From Candidatus Poribacteria bacterium (GTDB lineage Bacteria > Poribacteria > WGA-4E > WGA-3G), in assembly GCA_965197475.1 (NCBI GenBank), contig CBDANF010000002.1, positions 1,088,001 to 1,152,000 on the forward strand: 64,000 nt of DNA, read 5' to 3'. Below the pieces are notes generated by a model. It made no database searches, was not told the origin of the DNA, and saw nothing but the letters and a program-made list of their open reading frames with translations. Below, piece after piece: positions 41,990 to 52,142 of this stretch (its first letter is position 1; the number at the start of each line of letters is the position of its first letter). The position numbers and the translations under genes were made by a program.

Positions 41990-42952
41990 ATGCAACAGAG
42001 AACAGAAGGACGTCGATTCTTAAATCCCACAATCCTCGCTCAAATTGGCAATCTTGAACTTATTGCTAAATTTGTTGTAGAAGGATTCATATCAGGATTA
42101 CACAAAAGCCCATACCACGGGTTTAGTGTTGAGTTTTCGCAATACAGGCAATATATGCCAGGGGACGACACGAAACACATCGACTGGAAAGTTTACGGCA
42201 GAACTGACCGGTACTACATCAAACAGTTTGAGGAAGAGACCAATCTAAACTGCTATATCCTATTAGATACCAGCCAATCTATGGCACATCCATCCCCTGA
42301 GGATTTACAAGAAATAGACGCGTCTCAACAAACTGAGACATCTGGAGATGTAGGCCCCTTATCAAAACTCCGCTATGCCAGTTTCCTTATCGCCTCACTC
42401 TCATATTTTATGGCAAAACAACGAGATGCCGTCGGATTCGCTTATTTTGATGAAAAAGTACATCAGTATCTACCTGCGCGGAGTAGTGCCTCACACATGC
42501 ATTCCATCTTATTGACATTGGAAAACCTTCAAACGGCAAAAGAAACCCGAATTGGCGAACCGCTACACCAAATCGCAGAACGGTTGACGAAACGCGGATT
42601 AGTAATTCTCATTTCCGACCTTTATGATGAAAACCCCGATGAGGTAATTGAAGGACTTGAACACCTCCGTTATGATGGGCACGAAGTTATTGTTTTTCAC
42701 CTACTATCCGAACAAGAAGTAGAATTTGAGTTTGAAAAACTTATCCGTTTCGTTGATGCTGAAAATGACCAAGAAATTATTACGACACCGCAGGTTATTC
42801 GCGAGAGTTATCTCAGCAATTTCAACGATTTTATTAACCATTATAGGACAGCGTTGAACCAATCGGATATTGATTACAACCTGATAAATACGTCAACCCC
42901 GATTGACCGCTCGCTTTCATCATATCTCGCAAAACGGCAAGGCTTTATATAA
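41990..42952 (+). CDS. DUF58 (MoxR-associated) protein
   Basis: G.SVEFSQYRQY.PGDD...IDWK, LLDTSQSM, ISDL. Confidence 0.92.
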   Translation: MQQRTEGRRFLNPTILAQIGNLELIAKFVVEGFISGLHKSPYHGFSVEFSQYRQYMPGDDTKHIDWKVYGRTDRYYIKQFEEETNLNCYILLDTSQSMAHPSPEDLQEIDASQQTETSGDVGPLSKLRYASFLIASLSYFMAKQRDAVGFAYFDEKVHQYLPARSSASHMHSILLTLENLQTAKETRIGEPLHQIAERLTKRGLVILISDLYDENPDEVIEGLEHLRYDGHEVIVFHLLSEQEVEFEFEKLIRFVDAENDQEIITTPQVIRESYLSNFNDFINHYRTALNQSDIDYNLINTSTPIDRSLSSYLAKRQGFI

Positions 42953-42998
42953 AAGTAGAATGCACACACCGTGTGCCGAAGCCGAAGGAGAAAACACA

Positions 42999-45095
42999 AT
43001 GGGTTTTTTAGCAGGAGCGTTTGCTATTGCAGGTGCTGTAGGTGCATCTATTCCGCTCATAATCCACTTACTGAACAGGGAACGTGCGCGCCGACTTATC
43101 TTTAGTACTGTTCGTTTCATCCAGATGTCACATCAAACCAACGTGCAACGTCATAGGCTGAAACGGCTGCTTCTTCTACTTATGCGAATCTTGATGTTGA
43201 TACTCCTTGGCCTCGCCTTTGCACGACCTTTTATAGCGGCTGATCCTACAAATGCCCCCGTATTAGGCGGTGTGCGGAATGCGGTTATCATTTTGGATAC
43301 ATCCTATAGCATGCAATATGAAGACGTTTTTGCTCGTGCTAAAAAAGAGGCTATCAACCGTCTTGACGGTTTAGAGAGTGCCGATGCAGTTGCGCTTATC
43401 CTGTCTGCGGACAAAGCAAGGAAAGTTTTGCCCATTGAAACTGAGCATAATCATATCAGAACAACCATTGAAAGTTCAGAACCTACCTACTTTACGACAG
43501 ATTACCTTGACGCTATCCAAACTGCTGATGAAATACTTAAGGGTGTTTCGGTCGGTCAAAAACAGATATACCTTATCGCAGATTTGCAGAAAAACGGATG
43601 GGAAAACTTCCTTGAAACTGATCGGCTTAGCCCTGATGTAGACATTGAATTTGTTGATGTAGCCGTAGAACAACCCGACAACCGCGCAATTACGGGCATA
43701 AACGTCCCACCTATCGTTCTCGTTGAACAAAAGGATACCGAATTGGTGGCACGTGTACACAATTTCGGAACTGAACGGATCGAGAATCTACCTGTAAGCC
43801 TATTTATTGATGATAATAAAGTCGAAACGACTCAATTGGATATTGAACCTAATGACAGCACGGATGCCGCCTTTAAAATGAAAATAGATCTACAATCGGA
43901 GTCAGTACATGCGGGTTGGGTTGAAATTGATACTGATGCTTTGAAAGTTGATAACCGATACTATTTCACTGTGCAAAGCATGAGGTCCATTAAAGTGCAC
44001 TGCGTCAACGGCGAACAGAAAAGATCTGACATCGAAGATGAAACCTTCTTTTTGGCAAGAGCTCTCATAAACGTTGGCGATGAAGGAACACCTATCGATT
44101 ACACAGAATCTACCACATTTCCGTCCGCGGCTTCCCTGAAGAAATACGATGTGCTTATCCTTGCGAATGTTAAACAATTCACAGCAGCTGAGGCAGAAAG
44201 ATTGAAAACTTATGTGGATACGGGCGGCGGACTAATTATCGCTCTTGGGGATAAAGTTGATTCAAGTGTTTACCAGCAACACCTTGGCGGTACGGATAAC
44301 TCTCTAATGCCTTGTACCCTAATGCAAGCTGTCGGTGATCCTATTGGTAAGGATGAGTTCCAAGTAATCGCAAGTGTTGATTATCGCCATCCTATTTTCA
44401 TGCCGTTTAGCAATCCGAACCATGGCGATTTTGGCAAAGGGAGGTTTTATAAATATTTTCAGGCTGCCCTTACATCAGAAGCAACAGTTATCGCTGCTTT
44501 TGATGGTGGAAACCCCGCGCTACTTGAAAAAATTTACGGCAACGGACGCGTTCTCTGTTTTACTTCAACGATCGATCGTGAGTGGAACGATCTGCCGATA
44601 CATGCTGTCTATCTGCCATTTCTACACGAGACAATCAAATATCTTGCCTTAAAACAAGCTGGCAAAGTCCCTAACTATCGCGTTGGTGATGGTGTAGAAT
44701 ACAACGGGTCTCAAGATGCTGCTGGTAAAGAGATAGCCGTTTTCGACCCAGACCGCAAAGAAACACGGATGACATTGAATGAACAAGGGAGTCTCTTTTA
44801 TGAAAATACGGAACATCCCGGCATCTATTCCGTGCATCGTTCGGGTGAGCCACGACACTATTTTGTTGTCAATGTTGATACCCGCGAGTCAGACCTAACA
44901 CCACGTGATCCAGAAGAGTTGACCAGCATGCTTGTCGGTTCTACTGAAGTTGACCGTGCGCCGGCTAAACCTACACCTGAAGTTAAAAGAAAATATGAAG
45001 AAGATGTTGAGAAAAATCAAGGTATTGCAACTTATCTTCTTTTAGCAGTTTTCGCCTTAGCAATAACAGAAATGTTCCTCGCGAATCGGGTATAG
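42999..45095 (+). CDS. BatA-type N-terminal double-TM VWA domain protein
   Basis: PLIIHLL, LAFARP, LDTSYSM MIDAS, C-terminal TM. Confidence 0.88.
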   Translation: MGFLAGAFAIAGAVGASIPLIIHLLNRERARRLIFSTVRFIQMSHQTNVQRHRLKRLLLLLMRILMLILLGLAFARPFIAADPTNAPVLGGVRNAVIILDTSYSMQYEDVFARAKKEAINRLDGLESADAVALILSADKARKVLPIETEHNHIRTTIESSEPTYFTTDYLDAIQTADEILKGVSVGQKQIYLIADLQKNGWENFLETDRLSPDVDIEFVDVAVEQPDNRAITGINVPPIVLVEQKDTELVARVHNFGTERIENLPVSLFIDDNKVETTQLDIEPNDSTDAAFKMKIDLQSESVHAGWVEIDTDALKVDNRYYFTVQSMRSIKVHCVNGEQKRSDIEDETFFLARALINVGDEGTPIDYTESTTFPSAASLKKYDVLILANVKQFTAAEAERLKTYVDTGGGLIIALGDKVDSSVYQQHLGGTDNSLMPCTLMQAVGDPIGKDEFQVIASVDYRHPIFMPFSNPNHGDFGKGRFYKYFQAALTSEATVIAAFDGGNPALLEKIYGNGRVLCFTSTIDREWNDLPIHAVYLPFLHETIKYLALKQAGKVPNYRVGDGVEYNGSQDAAGKEIAVFDPDRKETRMTLNEQGSLFYENTEHPGIYSVHRSGEPRHYFVVNVDTRESDLTPRDPEELTSMLVGSTEVDRAPAKPTPEVKRKYEEDVEKNQGIATYLLLAVFALAITEMFLANRV

Positions 45096-45219
45096 TTGCC
45101 GATATGGTGTCTTATTTAGTATCTTTAGATTCTGTTTCAAAGGCGTAAATTAGAAACAGTTTCAACGAAAAACATTTTTAGGTGAGTTTACAATGAAATG
45201 TAGGAGGTAATGTAAACAA

Positions 45220-46143
45220 ATGGGTCCTGAAACAACAGAACGAATTGATGTTCCAAATATTGTATCCAATAAGGAATGTCAATTTTTTATTGAAAACGGC
45301 TACCTTGTCGTGCCTAACTTGCTATCCGAAAGTGAGGTTGAAGAAATCAGGCAAGACACAACCACGCTTGCTCGCGGCGGCTATGAATGTGATAGCCTTA
45401 AACCGCTTCCAGATAACGTTACCGACGAAGATGCAATCGGCAGAATTCTTTGCATCCATCAACCCCATTTTGTTAGCGATACTATTGAAGAGTACGTCAA
45501 ACACCCAAAAATCTGCGGAATTTTGAGCCAAATTACTGCTGCACACCTGCCATTTTGGGATGGTAGTGTAAAGTGTATGCAATCAATGCTCTTCGTCAAA
45601 CCGCCTAATTTTCAGGGACAGGCGTGGCATCAAGATGAAATCTACATCCCTACGCGCGACCGTTCCTTAATCGGTGCGTGGATTGCTATGGATGATGCCA
45701 CGGTTGAGAACGGATGTTTGTGGGTGCTTCCGGGTTCACATCGGCAAGGTTACCTATATCCGCAACGCAACCACGAAAATCCTGACGAATTTGACTTCGC
45801 TCAAGAAAGTTATGGATTTGACGGTTCTGAGGAAGTACCCGTCGAAGTGACAACGGGTACGCTTGTCTTTTTTAACGGTTATCTGCTGCACCGTTCCCGT
45901 AAAAATCGTGGAGATACATTCCGACGTGTGCTTGTTAGCCACTACTGTAATTCATGGTCTCTACTGCCGTGGTCAATTCGGGAAGGGGAACGTCCTGCAA
46001 GTGCTGATCGGCGATGCATTACTCCGGTATCGGGTGTTGATCCTTATGCTTGGAAAGGTTACGATGATCCGCCTAAAAACGTAGGGTTGCGAACGTGCAA
46101 AGCGATTAGTGAATTACCACCTATCACACAGGAAAGTGAGTGA
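45220..46143 (+). CDS. phytanoyl-CoA dioxygenase (PhyH) family protein
   Basis: WHQD, WIAMDDATVENGCL.V.PGSH, LLHRS. Confidence 0.92.
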   Translation: MGPETTERIDVPNIVSNKECQFFIENGYLVVPNLLSESEVEEIRQDTTTLARGGYECDSLKPLPDNVTDEDAIGRILCIHQPHFVSDTIEEYVKHPKICGILSQITAAHLPFWDGSVKCMQSMLFVKPPNFQGQAWHQDEIYIPTRDRSLIGAWIAMDDATVENGCLWVLPGSHRQGYLYPQRNHENPDEFDFAQESYGFDGSEEVPVEVTTGTLVFFNGYLLHRSRKNRGDTFRRVLVSHYCNSWSLLPWSIREGERPASADRRCITPVSGVDPYAWKGYDDPPKNVGLRTCKAISELPPITQESE

Positions 46144-46352
46144 AACCGATGACGACACAACAAGCTTCTGAGCTACAGAATACATTGGAAACCATGTTAA
46201 ACCGTATCGCTGCGGGAGACGATATTACTGAACAACTTCTTAGGATTGAGCAGTTGTCTACTGACATTGAATCAACTGTGCCCACAATGCTTAAGCACTA
46301 TCTGCAACGGAAAAGTTATACAAAAGCGTTAGATTTTCTTAAAGATATGTAA
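46140..46352 (+). CDS. small hypothetical protein
   Basis: Overlaps the PhyH stop; ends L.HYLQRKSYTKALDFL. Confidence 0.65.
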   Translation: MKPMTTQQASELQNTLETMLNRIAAGDDITEQLLRIEQLSTDIESTVPTMLKHYLQRKSYTKALDFLKDM

Positions 46353-46488
46353 GGATATTGCCCAAATAGGAATTTTCCACTTTCTTGCTTAACTTTATAC
46401 TTTTTGGTATTTTGCTATAATATCCCATACACATTCACAAACTTTGAGGTTATCACCTCATCCATCTAACAAATAAGAAGAAATTCAC

Positions 46489-47637
46489 ATGAAAACTGTC
46501 TTGAAAGAAATCATAACAAGCCGAACTGTTATCGTAACCTTCATTGGCTGCCTGATATTTTTAGGCACACTACAACTATTAGTCGTCAAAGGGTGTAATA
46601 ATGAAGCTGGCAAAAGTATAATAAATGAGCTGCATCCATATATATCGGAAGCAGACCTACATTCAACCGAACCGATAGCAGTTCCGCCTTTTCCTGAACC
46701 CTCACTGGAGGGACTTGTGGCACAACTGAAAGCGGAACTTGGGCTTACCGATGCTGAGATAGCAGAGACTGCGGAACTTATAGCGAAAGAACGCGTACTT
46801 GACATCGTAAACTACATGGACAGTCGCCGTGGTCCCGAAGCGAGGCAGGTTGCGTGGGAACAACGTAAGCGACTCGCTGTTGCGAAACCTGAACTGCTAT
46901 GGACACCCGGCTTCGTCTTACCTCCCACACTTGATGTAATGGAGCTAAGAGATACATCTTTATATAACTACAACACGAAAGAAGGGGACGATTTTACAGT
47001 CACCGAAGAACAAAACCAAAGAATTTATGATCTGCGAGGCCAAGCACAGAGAGGTGAAATTTCTTCGGAAGAATATCGTAGAGAAGGCGGGAAAATTCAG
47101 GTGGAGAACCTTGATCCCCTAACCGCTGCGAAGCATTTTCTAACATATTCAAGCGTAGGTTCCATAAAGGCAGAACTTGGCATTGAATACGCCGAGCGCG
47201 CCATTAATGAAAACCCCAATTCTTTTGAGGCACATCATGTCTGGACATTCTGCAACCGCATGTTCTATTTGGGAACAGACAACGAGAAAGTGATAGCAGG
47301 GTACCGCAATCTGGTTGACAGATTCCCGAATTCCTCCATTGCACTTCAAGATCTGAGTTGGGCACTGTATCATTTGTATTCGGGCCCGGATTTGTATGCC
47401 TACCCAGAGGAGGCACTCGATGCTGTCCAACGCGCAATTCAACTTGATGACCGCATTGAACGAAATAATCAATTATTAGCTCGTAGTTATCATAAACTCG
47501 GGGAATATGAAAAAGCACTTGCTGTTTACCAAGGAATGTCCGAAGTATTCTATGGTCACGCAGGTGGGCTTCTCACACCTATTTATGAGCTTCAACGCAA
47601 AGTTTACAATCAACGGCAGCAACAACAAGGCGAATAA
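46489..47637 (+). CDS. membrane-anchored TPR protein, array copy 1
   Basis: N-terminal TM then KGC; TPR-like helices; near-identical to copies 2-4. Confidence 0.85.
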   Translation: MKTVLKEIITSRTVIVTFIGCLIFLGTLQLLVVKGCNNEAGKSIINELHPYISEADLHSTEPIAVPPFPEPSLEGLVAQLKAELGLTDAEIAETAELIAKERVLDIVNYMDSRRGPEARQVAWEQRKRLAVAKPELLWTPGFVLPPTLDVMELRDTSLYNYNTKEGDDFTVTEEQNQRIYDLRGQAQRGEISSEEYRREGGKIQVENLDPLTAAKHFLTYSSVGSIKAELGIEYAERAINENPNSFEAHHVWTFCNRMFYLGTDNEKVIAGYRNLVDRFPNSSIALQDLSWALYHLYSGPDLYAYPEEALDAVQRAIQLDDRIERNNQLLARSYHKLGEYEKALAVYQGMSEVFYGHAGGLLTPIYELQRKVYNQRQQQQGE

Positions 47638-47676
47638 TGTCAAAGAGAAACAGAAACCGTAACAATCAGGAAAGTG

Positions 47677-47811
47677 TAGTGCTTTGTCAAGTTTATATTT
47701 ATGGGTACAAGCCGCGATTAGAAGATCGCTTCTACAGAACCTGAAAAGTAGGAAGGAACTCCGATTCCCGACTATGTCACGACTCACCATTTGAAAGTGG
47801 ACATAACAGTA
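47677..47811. repeat. imperfect inverted-repeat element with REP (also about 51634-51768)
   Basis: tagtgctttgtcaagttt / aaagtggacataacagta ends. Confidence 0.45.
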
Positions 47812-47955
47812 GAGGTTTTTAATACTAACCGCCACTGCCACTACAATATCTTTTATATTATTACAAAAAGGAATTTAAACATGCCAAAAACTATAACTTT
47901 ACGCAATAAGTAGTTTTGGACTTGCAAAAAACATGTGAAAAAGTGTGATAAACCC

Positions 47956-47984
47956 TTGTGTAGACAAGGTTTATATGGTATAAT
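47956..47984 (+). promoter_or_regulatory. sigma70-type promoter of the transposase
   Basis: TTGTGT-17 bp-TATAAT with extended TG. Confidence 0.65.
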
Positions 47985-47991
47985 ATAGATA

Positions 47992-48063
47992 AGAAAAAAG
48001 GGAGGTTGTAGCCTCCCAATTAACCCAAAAAGCAGAGTTGCTTTCTGAAGGTTCTAATCTTAT
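47992..48063 (-). ncRNA. candidate antisense sRNA in the IS1595 leader
   Basis: Minus-strand promoter TTGCTT-18-(TGA)TATAAT (48098-48069) and terminator gggaggctacaacctccc-tttttt. Confidence 0.55.
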
Positions 48064-48121
48064 CTGATATTATATCAGAAATCCGTCAGAAAAAGCAACT
48101 CCTATTTCAAGGAGTTATCTG

Positions 48122-49003
48122 ATGGATTTAATCAAGGTCATGGAACGTTTCCCCGATCAAGAGAGTTGTATTGCACATTTAGAGAAGATTCGTTGGCGAG
48201 GTAAACCTGTGTGTCCGCATTGTGAAAGCGATCATATAGGAGAACGGACAGAAACAGAAATCGGTCGTATCGGTCGTTGGAACTGCCACGAGTGCCAAGT
48301 GAGTTTCAAGGTGACGTGCAGGTCGGTGTTTCACGGGACAAAGATAGCGTTACAGAAGTGGTTTTTGGCTATTTCGTTGATAACGAATGCGAAGAAAAGT
48401 TTGTCAAGGCATCAACTGGCGCGCGATTTAGACTTGAATCAAAAGACAGCATGGTTTATGATGGCACGTATTCGTGCTGAAATGGCAAAGAAAGGCGGGG
48501 CTTTACTACAAGGTATCATTGAAGCAGATGAGACCTATATTGGCGGTAAACCTCGTAAAAAGAACAAACGTGAAGATGATGAACCACATAAACGTGGCAG
48601 AGGAACGGAGAAAACTGCTATAATAGGAGCAGTGCAACGTGGGGGTAGGGTTGTCGCACAGGTGGCACATAACCTCACAGGACGCACTATCCTTGAGTTT
48701 ATTCGGAGTGCTGTAAACCTAAAGGACTCGGAACTAATAACCGATGAGTATCAGGCTTACAACGCTATTGGAAAGGAAATGAAGCACGCTGTTATCAACC
48801 ACAAGGTGCAGTTTGCTGATGGTGATACACATACAAACACGATTGAAGGGTTCTGGTCACTACTCAAACGGGCTTGGTATGGACAGCATCACCATTATCA
48901 GACAGGATACACACCGCTGTATGTGGCGGAAGCGTGCTATAAGTATAACTATAGGAGCGTTGACAGCTTGTTTGTCAAGTTTGTCAACGAAAGTATGTTG
49001 TGA
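48122..49003 (+). CDS. IS1595-family transposase
   Basis: CPHC..CHEC zinc ribbon, EADETY, TDE, NTIEGFW. Confidence 0.95.
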   Translation: MDLIKVMERFPDQESCIAHLEKIRWRGKPVCPHCESDHIGERTETEIGRIGRWNCHECQVSFKVTCRSVFHGTKIALQKWFLAISLITNAKKSLSRHQLARDLDLNQKTAWFMMARIRAEMAKKGGALLQGIIEADETYIGGKPRKKNKREDDEPHKRGRGTEKTAIIGAVQRGGRVVAQVAHNLTGRTILEFIRSAVNLKDSELITDEYQAYNAIGKEMKHAVINHKVQFADGDTHTNTIEGFWSLLKRAWYGQHHHYQTGYTPLYVAEACYKYNYRSVDSLFVKFVNESML

Positions 49004-49233
49004 GAGAAGTTAGAGATTCTATGGCAGATGTATTGAGTCAGCACGGACTAGATAAGAAAAGTGATAGTCCTTCAAGATCTGCTCTTTCTGAAACAGAATT
49101 CTTTGAAGAATTTTGTATCGTTGCTGAATATTTCATCGATGCATTTCACAGGTATGTTGAAGAATTCAGGACTGCCGATAATGTTCCTCAGACAAAACAT
49201 TCTGGGAAAACAAGTGAGCTTGACACCGGTTGA
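49000..49233 (+). CDS. small hypothetical IS passenger
   Basis: GTG overlaps the transposase stop. Confidence 0.4.
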   Translation: MREVRDSMADVLSQHGLDKKSDSPSRSALSETEFFEEFCIVAEYFIDAFHRYVEEFRTADNVPQTKHSGKTSELDTG

Positions 49234-49438
49234 GTGCGTCCATAAAATTATCAAAAGTGGTTAACATTTCCTCTTTTGATTTGAATTCTAACACCATTTT
49301 TGCGCGTTCTTTGTGATGTATGTAGATGTAGAAACTACTTTTTGCGCTTATGTGGCGTTCTTCAGTTTCAATTCTCTGACACATAGCCAAGTTTAATGCT
49401 TTTCTTTCATTATTTTCGGTATATTCAACGAAAAACAT
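49166..49438 (-). CDS. hypothetical IS passenger
   Basis: AAGGAG RBS upstream; 90 aa. Confidence 0.6.
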   Translation of the reverse strand: MFFVEYTENNERKALNLAMCQRIETEERHISAKSSFYIYIHHKERAKMVLEFKSKEEMLTTFDNFMDALNRCQAHLFSQNVLSEEHYRQS

Positions 49439-49493
49439 GATTTTAATCTCCTTTGGAGTTAGAGGGGACAGGGTCCCCTCGTTGTCAGAGTTG

Positions 49494-49868
49494 TTATAAG
49501 TATTCGGGGATTACTTCTGACACGCTGGTTATTGCTACAGCAATAGATAGTTCACTCTTTAAGCTCCATGTCGAGCATATAAGTGAGACAACAATCATAC
49601 GTAAACCAAAAGGTTCAGATGGTTCACCAAGAGTTGCTGTATGCAAAATGCATTCGGTAAATTCATCGCGCTTTTCATTGGGCACACCAAAGGTGAGAGC
49701 AAACCCTCTAATAATCGTTTCATACAATTGCTTTTTGGGAGTATCAGAAGGGTTTAGATCACGCAAGGTTTCATAATGTGTCAATGCAAGACGAGGGAAT
49801 TCCCTTATAAGCCACTTATCTCTATCTTTGTGTTTCCTGCGTTCTTTCCAATCTGAAAACAAAGACAT
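49494..49868 (-). CDS. hypothetical IS passenger
   Basis: AAGGAG RBS upstream; 124 aa. Confidence 0.65.
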   Translation of the reverse strand: MSLFSDWKERRKHKDRDKWLIREFPRLALTHYETLRDLNPSDTPKKQLYETIIRGFALTFGVPNEKRDEFTECILHTATLGEPSEPFGLRMIVVSLICSTWSLKSELSIAVAITSVSEVIPEYL

Positions 49869-49988
49869 AATAGTCTCCTTGTGTAAAAGGGAGTGGTTTC
49901 AGCGATGTAATAAGCTAAATGCAAAGCGATTATTATGTCGCTGATTCTATAAATATGATGTTAACTGTTTGGTTCACGAGAACTATAC

Positions 49989-50073
49989 ACACGAAACTTT
50001 CCAATGTTACTTGGTTATGGTAGAGACCGCGCCTTGCGACGCGGGTAACATTCTCTACCAAAGTTTTCGTGAT
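49989..50073 (-). ncRNA. candidate structured RNA leader
   Basis: Nested stems with a GCAA tetraloop just downstream of TTGACA-17-TATCCT (50108-50080). Confidence 0.5.
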
Positions 50074-50203
50074 GTTAATAGGATACTATACTGGCAGGAT
50101 TTTGTCAAGTAAAAAATTTGAGAAAAATTTTCAAGTCCAAAACTACTCATTGCGTAACTTTATGTCTAACACTTGTCACTGAGTAGAAAATGGATATATC
50201 TTA

Positions 50204-50326
50204 CAGGACGGACGCATTCCCCCTTGATAAGGGGGGTTAGGGGGGTTAAATAAGCAGAATTTTGGTATTTTAACCCCCTAAATCCCCCTTATCAGCGGGA
50301 CTTTAAGAGGAAATGCGTCCGTCCTG
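50204..50326. mobile_element. MITE family A
   Basis: TIRs and TSD tctta. Confidence 0.88.
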
Positions 50327-50445
50327 TCTTAGTTTTCATAGAAACACGATAAATGCTGGGACAACCGCAGGGTGCTAATTTTTCACGTGATAAAAAAGAG
50401 AAACGTGGTATAATTTACTAAAATCAAAAATGCGGAGGAATTCCC

Positions 50446-51594
50446 ATGAAAACCTTCTTGAAAGAAATCATAATGAGTCGTCCTGTGATTATTACCTTCA
50501 TTGGCTGCCTACTCTTTTTCGGATCGCTTCTACTTTTTGTAATCAAAGGGTGTAATAATGAAGCTGGCAAGAGTATAATAAACGAGATCCATCCATATAT
50601 ATCGGAAGCAGACCTACGTTCGACCGAACCGATAGCAGTTGCGCCTTTTCCTGAACCCTCACTGGAGGGACTTGTGGCACAACTGAAAGCGGAACTTGGG
50701 CTTACCGATGCTGAGATAGCAGAGACTGCGGAACTTATAGCGAAAGAACGCGAACTTGACATCGTAAACTACATGGACAGTCGCCGTGGCGTAGCAGCGA
50801 GGCAGACTGCGTGGGAACAACGTAAGCGACTCGCTGTTGCGAAACCTGAACTTCTATGGACCCCCGGTTTCGTCTTACCGCCCGCACTTGATGTGATGGA
50901 GTTAAGAGATATATCTTTATATAACTACGATACGAAAGCGGGGGACGATTTCACAATTACCTCAGAACAACGGCAAAGAATGTCTAACCTGCGAAGCCAA
51001 GCACAGAGAGGTGAAATTTCTGATGAAGAATATAGTAGAGAAGCTGGGAAAATTGCGGTTGAGAACCTTGATCCCTTAACTGCTGCAAAGCATTTTCTAA
51101 CGCATGCAGGCGTAGGTTCCATAGATGCTGAACTCGGTATTGAATACGCCGAGCGCGCCATTAATGAAAACCCCGATTCCTTTGAGGCACATCATGTCTG
51201 GACATTCTGCAACCGCATGTTCTATTTGGGAACAGACAACGAGAAAGTGATAGCAGGGTACCGCAATCTGGTTGACAGATTCCCGAATTCCTCCATTGCA
51301 CTTCAAGATCTGAGTTGGGCACTGTATCATTTGTATTCGGGCCCGGATTTGTATGCCTACCCAGAGGAGGCACTCGATGCTGTCCAACGCGCAATTCAAC
51401 TTGATGACCGCATTGAACGAAATAATCAATTATTAGCTCGTAGTTATCATAAACTCGGGGAATATGAAAAAGCACTTGCTGTTTACCAAGGAATGTCCGA
51501 AGTATTCTATGGTCGCGCAGGTGGGCTTCTCACACCTATTTATGAGCTTCAACGCAAAGTTTACAATCAACGGCAGCAACAACAAGGCGAATAA
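50446..51594 (+). CDS. membrane-anchored TPR protein, array copy 2
   Basis: 382 aa paralog; GGAGG RBS. Confidence 0.85.
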   Translation: MKTFLKEIIMSRPVIITFIGCLLFFGSLLLFVIKGCNNEAGKSIINEIHPYISEADLRSTEPIAVAPFPEPSLEGLVAQLKAELGLTDAEIAETAELIAKERELDIVNYMDSRRGVAARQTAWEQRKRLAVAKPELLWTPGFVLPPALDVMELRDISLYNYDTKAGDDFTITSEQRQRMSNLRSQAQRGEISDEEYSREAGKIAVENLDPLTAAKHFLTHAGVGSIDAELGIEYAERAINENPDSFEAHHVWTFCNRMFYLGTDNEKVIAGYRNLVDRFPNSSIALQDLSWALYHLYSGPDLYAYPEEALDAVQRAIQLDDRIERNNQLLARSYHKLGEYEKALAVYQGMSEVFYGRAGGLLTPIYELQRKVYNQRQQQQGE

Positions 51595-51837
51595 TGTCAA
51601 AGAGAAACAGAAACCGTAACAATCAGGAAAGTGTAGTGCTTTGTCAAGTTTATATTTATGGGTATAAGCCGCGATTAGAAGATCGCTTCTACAGAACCTG
51701 AAAAGTAGGAGGGAACTCCGATTCCCGACTATGTCACGACTCACCATTTGAAAGTGGACATAACAGTAGAGGTTTTTAATACTAACCGCCACTGCCACTA
51801 CAATATCTTTTATATTATTACAAAAAGGAATTTAAAC

Positions 51838-51882
51838 ATGCCAAAAACTATAACTTTATGTCTAACACTTGTCACTGAGTAG
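51838..51882 (+). pseudogene. 5' stub of a peptidase gene (MPKTITLCLTLVTE*)
   Basis: RBS and start resemble the peptidase start MSKTIIFCLTF at 55650; the same stub at 47881 is split by IS1595. Confidence 0.65.
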
Positions 51883-51899
51883 AAAATGGATATATCTTA

Positions 51900-52023
51900 C
51901 AGGACGGACGCATTCCCCCTTGATAAGGGGGGTTAGGGGGGTTAAAAGTCCTTATTTTTGGTGTTTTTAACCCCCTAAATCCCCCTTATCAGGGGGACTT
52001 TAAGAGGAAATGCGTCCGTCCTG
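51900..52023. mobile_element. MITE family A
   Basis: TIRs and TSD tctta; same site as 50204, duplicated with the array. Confidence 0.88.
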
Positions 52024-52142
52024 TCTTAGTTTTCATAGAAACACGATAAATGCTGGGACAACCGCAGGGTGCTAATTTTTCACGTGATAAAAAAGAGAAA
52101 CGTGGTATAATTTACTAAAATCAAAAATGCGGAGGAATTCCC

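Larger units (their letters stand above)
47902..50154 (+). mobile_element. IS1595-family element with passenger genes
   Basis: 23-bp TIR cgcaat(a/g)agtagttttggacttg; 8-bp TSD taacttta (47894-47901, 50155-50162); empty site seen at 51851-51858. Confidence 0.93.
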
